A DNA stretch of 64,000 nt, from the NCBI GenBank assembly GCA_964291655.2, contig OZ219802.1, positions 768,001 to 832,000 on the forward strand, read 5' to 3'. The notes below the pieces were generated by a model, which did no database searches, was not told where the DNA came from, and saw only the letters and a program-made list of their open reading frames with translations. This DNA comes from Chloroflexota bacterium. GTDB taxonomy: Bacteria; Chloroflexota; UBA11872; VXOZ01. The translations under genes were made by a program, and so were the position numbers. Below are positions 60,138-64,000 of this stretch, one piece after another; the stretch's first letter is position 1, and each line of letters begins with the position of its first letter.

Positions 60138-61400
60138 ATGTCTGTGTCCGTAGATCAACTAGCCGTCGCTGGCGGGACGCCGGTGCGTAATACCAAAGAG
60201 CGCCCATGGCCTTCCTGGCCTCTGGCTACCGAGGAGGATATCGCCGCTGTGGCCGCCGTGCTGCGCAGCGGCAAGTGGAACCGCTGGCGCAGCGATCGCG
60301 TTGAGGCGCTGGAAGAAGCGCTTAGGGAATTTACCGGCGCGGACCATGTGGTGGCGTTGGCGAGCGGCACGGCGGGATTGGAGGTCGCACTCAAGGCGGC
60401 GGGCGTGCGGCCCGGCGACGAGGTCATTCTGCCCGCCTATACCTACATAGCTACGGCCACGGCAGTGCTGCAAGTGGGCGGTGTGCCGGTCTTTGCCGAC
60501 ATCATCCCGGAAACGGAAAACGTCGACCCCGCCTCGATGGAATCTCTCATCACCGACCGGACCCGCACGCTGCTGCCAGTGCATGTTTCCGGCTTGCCCT
60601 GCGATATGACGGCCATCACTGCGCTCGCGGCACACCACGGTTTCCGCGTCATTGAAGACACCGCCCAGGGCATCGGCGGGACGTGGAACGGGCGCCGTCT
60701 CGGCACGATTGGGGACGCGGGCGCGTATTCGTTCCAAGCCAGCAAGAACCTGCCCGGCGGCGAGGGCGGCGCCGTGATCACCAACGACCCGGAACTCGCC
60801 GAAAAGGCGTTCAAGCTCATGCACATCAACTATGAGGTGCTGGGCTGGAACTACCGGCTTACGGCCATGACAGCAGCGTTGATTCTGTCGCAACTGGAGC
60901 GCTTTCCTGACCTCCAAGCCCGCCGCCAGGCGAATGCCGACTTCCTGCGCGAGTCCTTGGCGGAGATTCCGGGCATCGCGCCCACACGCGTAGACCCGTA
61001 TGTGACCGCTGACGGTCTGCACGGACTGGGCGTGCGCTACATCAGCGTGGAGTTCAGTGATGGCGCTGCCGTGCCGCGCGGCGCTTTCATCAAGGCTCTC
61101 CACGCGGAAGGCATTCCCTGCGCTCTGGGGTACGGCGATCCGGTTCACAAGTCGCCGCTCTTTCAAGAGGCGCACACGCGATTGCGCGACCACTGTCCCG
61201 CTGCCTGCGACCATCCTGCAATGGAGCGCATGGACTATACTAAAGTCCAACTGCCGAACGTGGAACGCCTCTGCGCCAAAGAGGCCCTGCGCTTCAACCA
61301 ACCGCTCCTGCTCGGCACGCGTGCGGACATGCAGGACATCGTGGACGCCGTGGTTAAGATACACGCGAACCAAGAAAACCTCGCCACTATAGCAAACTAA
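60138..61400 (+). CDS. DegT/DnrJ/EryC1/StrS PLP-dependent sugar aminotransferase
   Basis: SGTAGL, GDEVILP, IEDTAQ, SFQASKNL..GEGG, GWNYR. Confidence 0.92.
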   Translation: MSVSVDQLAVAGGTPVRNTKERPWPSWPLATEEDIAAVAAVLRSGKWNRWRSDRVEALEEALREFTGADHVVALASGTAGLEVALKAAGVRPGDEVILPAYTYIATATAVLQVGGVPVFADIIPETENVDPASMESLITDRTRTLLPVHVSGLPCDMTAITALAAHHGFRVIEDTAQGIGGTWNGRRLGTIGDAGAYSFQASKNLPGGEGGAVITNDPELAEKAFKLMHINYEVLGWNYRLTAMTAALILSQLERFPDLQARRQANADFLRESLAEIPGIAPTRVDPYVTADGLHGLGVRYISVEFSDGAAVPRGAFIKALHAEGIPCALGYGDPVHKSPLFQEAHTRLRDHCPAACDHPAMERMDYTKVQLPNVERLCAKEALRFNQPLLLGTRADMQDIVDAVVKIHANQENLATIAN

Positions 61401-61569
61401 GTCTCTTGCCGCGGAGCAATCATTCGCTACGCCCTGCCCTTCGACAGGCTCAGGGCGAACGGAGAGAGCCGCCAATTTCCAACTGCAAGTTGGCGTTTTC
61501 TCCAAAACTGAGTTTCGCCCTTCCTGAGAACGGTAGCAGGTGGATGCACAGAATAGTATCGGCAGTCAT

Positions 61570-61932
61570 CCCGTTCGTGCTGAGCCTATCGAAGCGCAAC
61601 CCATAGCCCGTTCGCGCTGAGCCTGTCGAAGCGCAACTCATAGCCCGTTCGCGCTGAGCCTGTCGAAGCGCAACTCAATAGGCCGTTCGCGCTGAGCCTG
61701 TCAAAGCGCAACCCATAGCCCGTCCGCGCTGAGCCTGTCGATGCGCAACCCATAGGCCATTCGCGCTGAGCCTGTCGAAGCGCAACCCATAGGCCGTTCG
61801 CGCTGAACCTGTCGAAGCGCAACCCATAGGCCATTCGCGCTGAGCCTGTCGAAGCGCAACTCAATAGCCCGTTCGTGCTGAGCCTGTCGAAGCGCGACCC
61901 ATAACCCCGTTCGCGCTGAGCCTGTCGAAGCG
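61570..61932. repeat. Tandem array of ten 37-38 bp REP-derived units
   Basis: CCGTTCGCGCTGAGCCTGTCGAAGCGCAACCCATAG units starting at ~61570, 61607, 61644, 61682, 61719, 61756, 61793, 61830, 61868 and 61906. Confidence 0.92.
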
Positions 61933-62015
61933 CTCTGCAGCGCGTCTCGACGCAACTTGACCTATTCTGCAAACTAGCCGCTCTTACCAGAATCCCATCG
62001 GAGGAAGGAAAAAAC

Positions 62016-63461
62016 GTGCTCCACGCCGGTGTCGGACGCACTACACTCACACCCCCGCTTGGCACGCCGCTCATTGGTTACGGCGGACGCGAGCGCGGCG
62101 CGGACGCCATCCGTGACGACATCTACGCCACGTCATTGGTGCTCTCAGATGGCAACACGACGGTAGCTCTCATCACCTGCGACCTCTGCGCGCTGCCCAT
62201 GCAGCAGGTGTGCTACGTGCAGCGACTGATCCAGGAGCGCACCGGCATCCCGCCCGAACATGTAATGCTCAACACTTCTCACGCCCATGCGGGACCGCTC
62301 ACAACGTACAACGAGAAAACTCCTGAGAGCCTGCGACGGGTCGTGTTGACGCTGCTCGACGCGATTGCAGAGTCAGTTGTCCAAGCAGCGGCAGCTCTTG
62401 TGCCGTGCTGGATTGCGGTTGGCAAGGGATCTGTGCAGGCGAGCATTAACCGGCGCGCTCGCAACGGCTACAGCGATGCCGTCACGCCGGAGTACCCCGA
62501 GGGCACGGTGGACCCGGCCCTCGACATAGTACGCATTGATGGGGTTGACGGTACGCCGCTGGCCGTCCTCACGAGTTACGCCTGCCACCCGGTGGCGCTG
62601 CGCCCGCCGAGCCATGCCATTTCGGCGGACTTCGTCTGCGCCCTGCGGGAGACCGTTGAGCCGGGGGTCAGCGTGCCTTTGCTCTTCGCCCAAGGCGCTG
62701 CCGGCAACCTGGTGCCTATCGGCCCTGACATGGAGATGGAAAAGCGGCTCAATCTAACCGGGCAAATGCTCGGCGCGGAAGCCCTGCGGGTGTACGCATC
62801 GCTTGGCGCGGAAGCCAATCACAATCTCGAATCACCTGCAGCGCCCGGCGCGGACACTCCAAGTTCTCACGAACCCTGCGCAGCGCCCGGCGGGGAAGCA
62901 GTCCAGGCAAACGAATCAACCACTTCGCCAGGCGCGGAAGCACATCGGCCCAACAGTTCGCGTAGCGCGAGTTCCCTCGGCGTGTCCGAACTGTCTGCAT
63001 CTACCGGCGGCAAATTGAACCCACTGCCGCGTCCGGCGCTCGCCGCCGCGTCCGAGGTCCTCTTACTCGATCTCTGGACGGACCAGCCACCCCTTGAAGA
63101 CGCAGCAAGGTCTCACCAGACGTTCCCGTACCTCGCCCCGCCGCTCGTCGACGGCAAGGTGGAATGCGCCGTGCAAACCCTGCGCATCGGCGACGTGGCG
63201 ATCGTAGGTGTTGCCGGCGAAGCCTTCGTCGAGATTGGCCTCGCCGTGAAAGCGCGCTCACCCGTCCCCCACACCGTCTTCCTGGGCTACACCAACGGCT
63301 GTCTGGGCTATATACCCATCGCCGCCGCTTACGAACCCGGCGGCTACGAGGTCCACCGCGCCCACGCCGTCTACCGCCTACCCCACACCATCGCCCCAGA
63401 CAGCGCAGACAGAGTCATCACCGTCAGCCTTGAACTCTTGGCAAGGATCTATCGAGAATAA
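62016..63461 (+). CDS. Neutral/alkaline ceramidase-like hydrolase with internal repeat insertion
   Basis: GY..R...A..I.DD, SHAHAGP, NRR, YACHP, ISADF, QGAAGN, GEAF, GYTNG..GYIP. Confidence 0.8.
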   Translation: MLHAGVGRTTLTPPLGTPLIGYGGRERGADAIRDDIYATSLVLSDGNTTVALITCDLCALPMQQVCYVQRLIQERTGIPPEHVMLNTSHAHAGPLTTYNEKTPESLRRVVLTLLDAIAESVVQAAAALVPCWIAVGKGSVQASINRRARNGYSDAVTPEYPEGTVDPALDIVRIDGVDGTPLAVLTSYACHPVALRPPSHAISADFVCALRETVEPGVSVPLLFAQGAAGNLVPIGPDMEMEKRLNLTGQMLGAEALRVYASLGAEANHNLESPAAPGADTPSSHEPCAAPGGEAVQANESTTSPGAEAHRPNSSRSASSLGVSELSASTGGKLNPLPRPALAAASEVLLLDLWTDQPPLEDAARSHQTFPYLAPPLVDGKVECAVQTLRIGDVAIVGVAGEAFVEIGLAVKARSPVPHTVFLGYTNGCLGYIPIAAAYEPGGYEVHRAHAVYRLPHTIAPDSADRVITVSLELLARIYRE

Positions 63462-63559
63462 GACTAGTTGGCTAGCTAGATCTGCTTCTTCACAAATGAC
63501 TTTGAAGAGTGTGCTGTATACACCCAATGGAACAACGATCTGCATCGCAGAGTCTGGTG

Positions 63560-63727
63560 CTAGTTCGATTGAGAGGGTCTGCTCGACTTTGAGGAGCTGG
63601 GCTTTGGACTAGGGGGAGTATTGCCGCCCGGAGGCTTGGGTGGAGGTTGATACCCAGAAGGTAATTGCTTTGGCCCCCTACCCTTCTTTATTACAACTCT
63701 CTGCTTGTTTTCACGTTTGCCTTCCAT
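63560..63727 (-). CDS. Small Pro/Ser/Lys-rich hypothetical peptide (55 aa)
   Basis: AAGGAG RBS before ATG 63727; follows the upstream lower-GC ORF. Confidence 0.55.
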   Translation of the reverse strand: MEGKRENKQRVVIKKGRGPKQLPSGYQPPPKPPGGNTPPSPKPSSSKSSRPSQSN

Positions 63728-63752
63728 CGCGCACTCCTTGGGCAGTTTCTCT

Positions 63753-64000
63753 TCAATACGTCTCAATTATATCAAGCACTGTTGTGGCACCCCACCCCTC
63801 AGCCGCCCGATCACCTCGCGAATGGACTGAATTATAGAAATATGTGTATATCATGACTGATTCAACCTCTTCTGAGACAAGGAACTCGATTGTCTCTGGA
63901 TGCATTTCACCGGGCTCCACTATCAGTTCACTCTCATGCCACTCGCGCTGTATGTTATGTAGAATTGGCCACTGGATGTCGTCAACCTCCATTTGCAGGA
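63753..64000 (-). CDS. Hypothetical protein, 3' part (truncated by window edge)
   Basis: Open frame to the window end (LQMEVDDIQWP...GWGATTVLDIIETY); visibly lower GC than the core genes. Confidence 0.6.
   Translation of the reverse strand, partial: LQMEVDDIQWPILHNIQREWHESELIVEPGEMHPETIEFLVSEEVESVMIYTYFYNSVHSRGDRAAEGWGATTVLDIIETY

Noticed and set aside
60159-61505. Long antisense ORFs (this one, 43211..44320, 32994..33929, 14172..15107 and similar)
   Set aside because: Shadow frames of well-supported genes in GC-rich DNA
61570-61932. CRISPR array
   Set aside because: Inter-repeat segments are only ~10 nt and nearly identical, the repeat is a dispersed REP, and there are no cas genes in the window

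Overview
GC-rich bacterial chromosomal window, tentatively Chloroflexota. That guess rests on the many Tat/lipobox sugar-binding lipoproteins, Uma2 and DUF1640 genes and dense REP-like repeats. Housekeeping genes (plsC, ispH, der, plsY, recX, pyrF, uvrC, gdhA, gatCAB, dnaE, murF, ddl, prs) alternate with catabolic genes (sugar kinases, four orphan ABC substrate-binding lipoproteins, nitrilase, esterase, sulfatase, GH29 fucosidase, GGT, DegT aminotransferase). Two signals are not explained by the ORF track. (1) Next to ccdA lie two convergent paralogous lipoprotein redoxins, each split at an in-frame TGA that reads as a U-P-V-C active site. Each TGA is followed 18 nt later by the same bulged-U hairpin, so these are probable exported selenoproteins with SECIS elements. 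(2) A highly base-paired intergenic region of about 465 nt (450-915) carries motifs I recall from OLE RNA, but it is shorter than OLE and sits before plsC-ispH rather than oapA. Also present: a 625-bp-period Uma2 triplet with mosaic sequence, an IS481-type MITE inside a REP, a nested inverted-repeat element, a 10-unit REP-derived tandem array (not CRISPR) and a DUF4258/YgiT toxin-antitoxin-like pair. Family calls come from motif recognition by eye; no searches were run.
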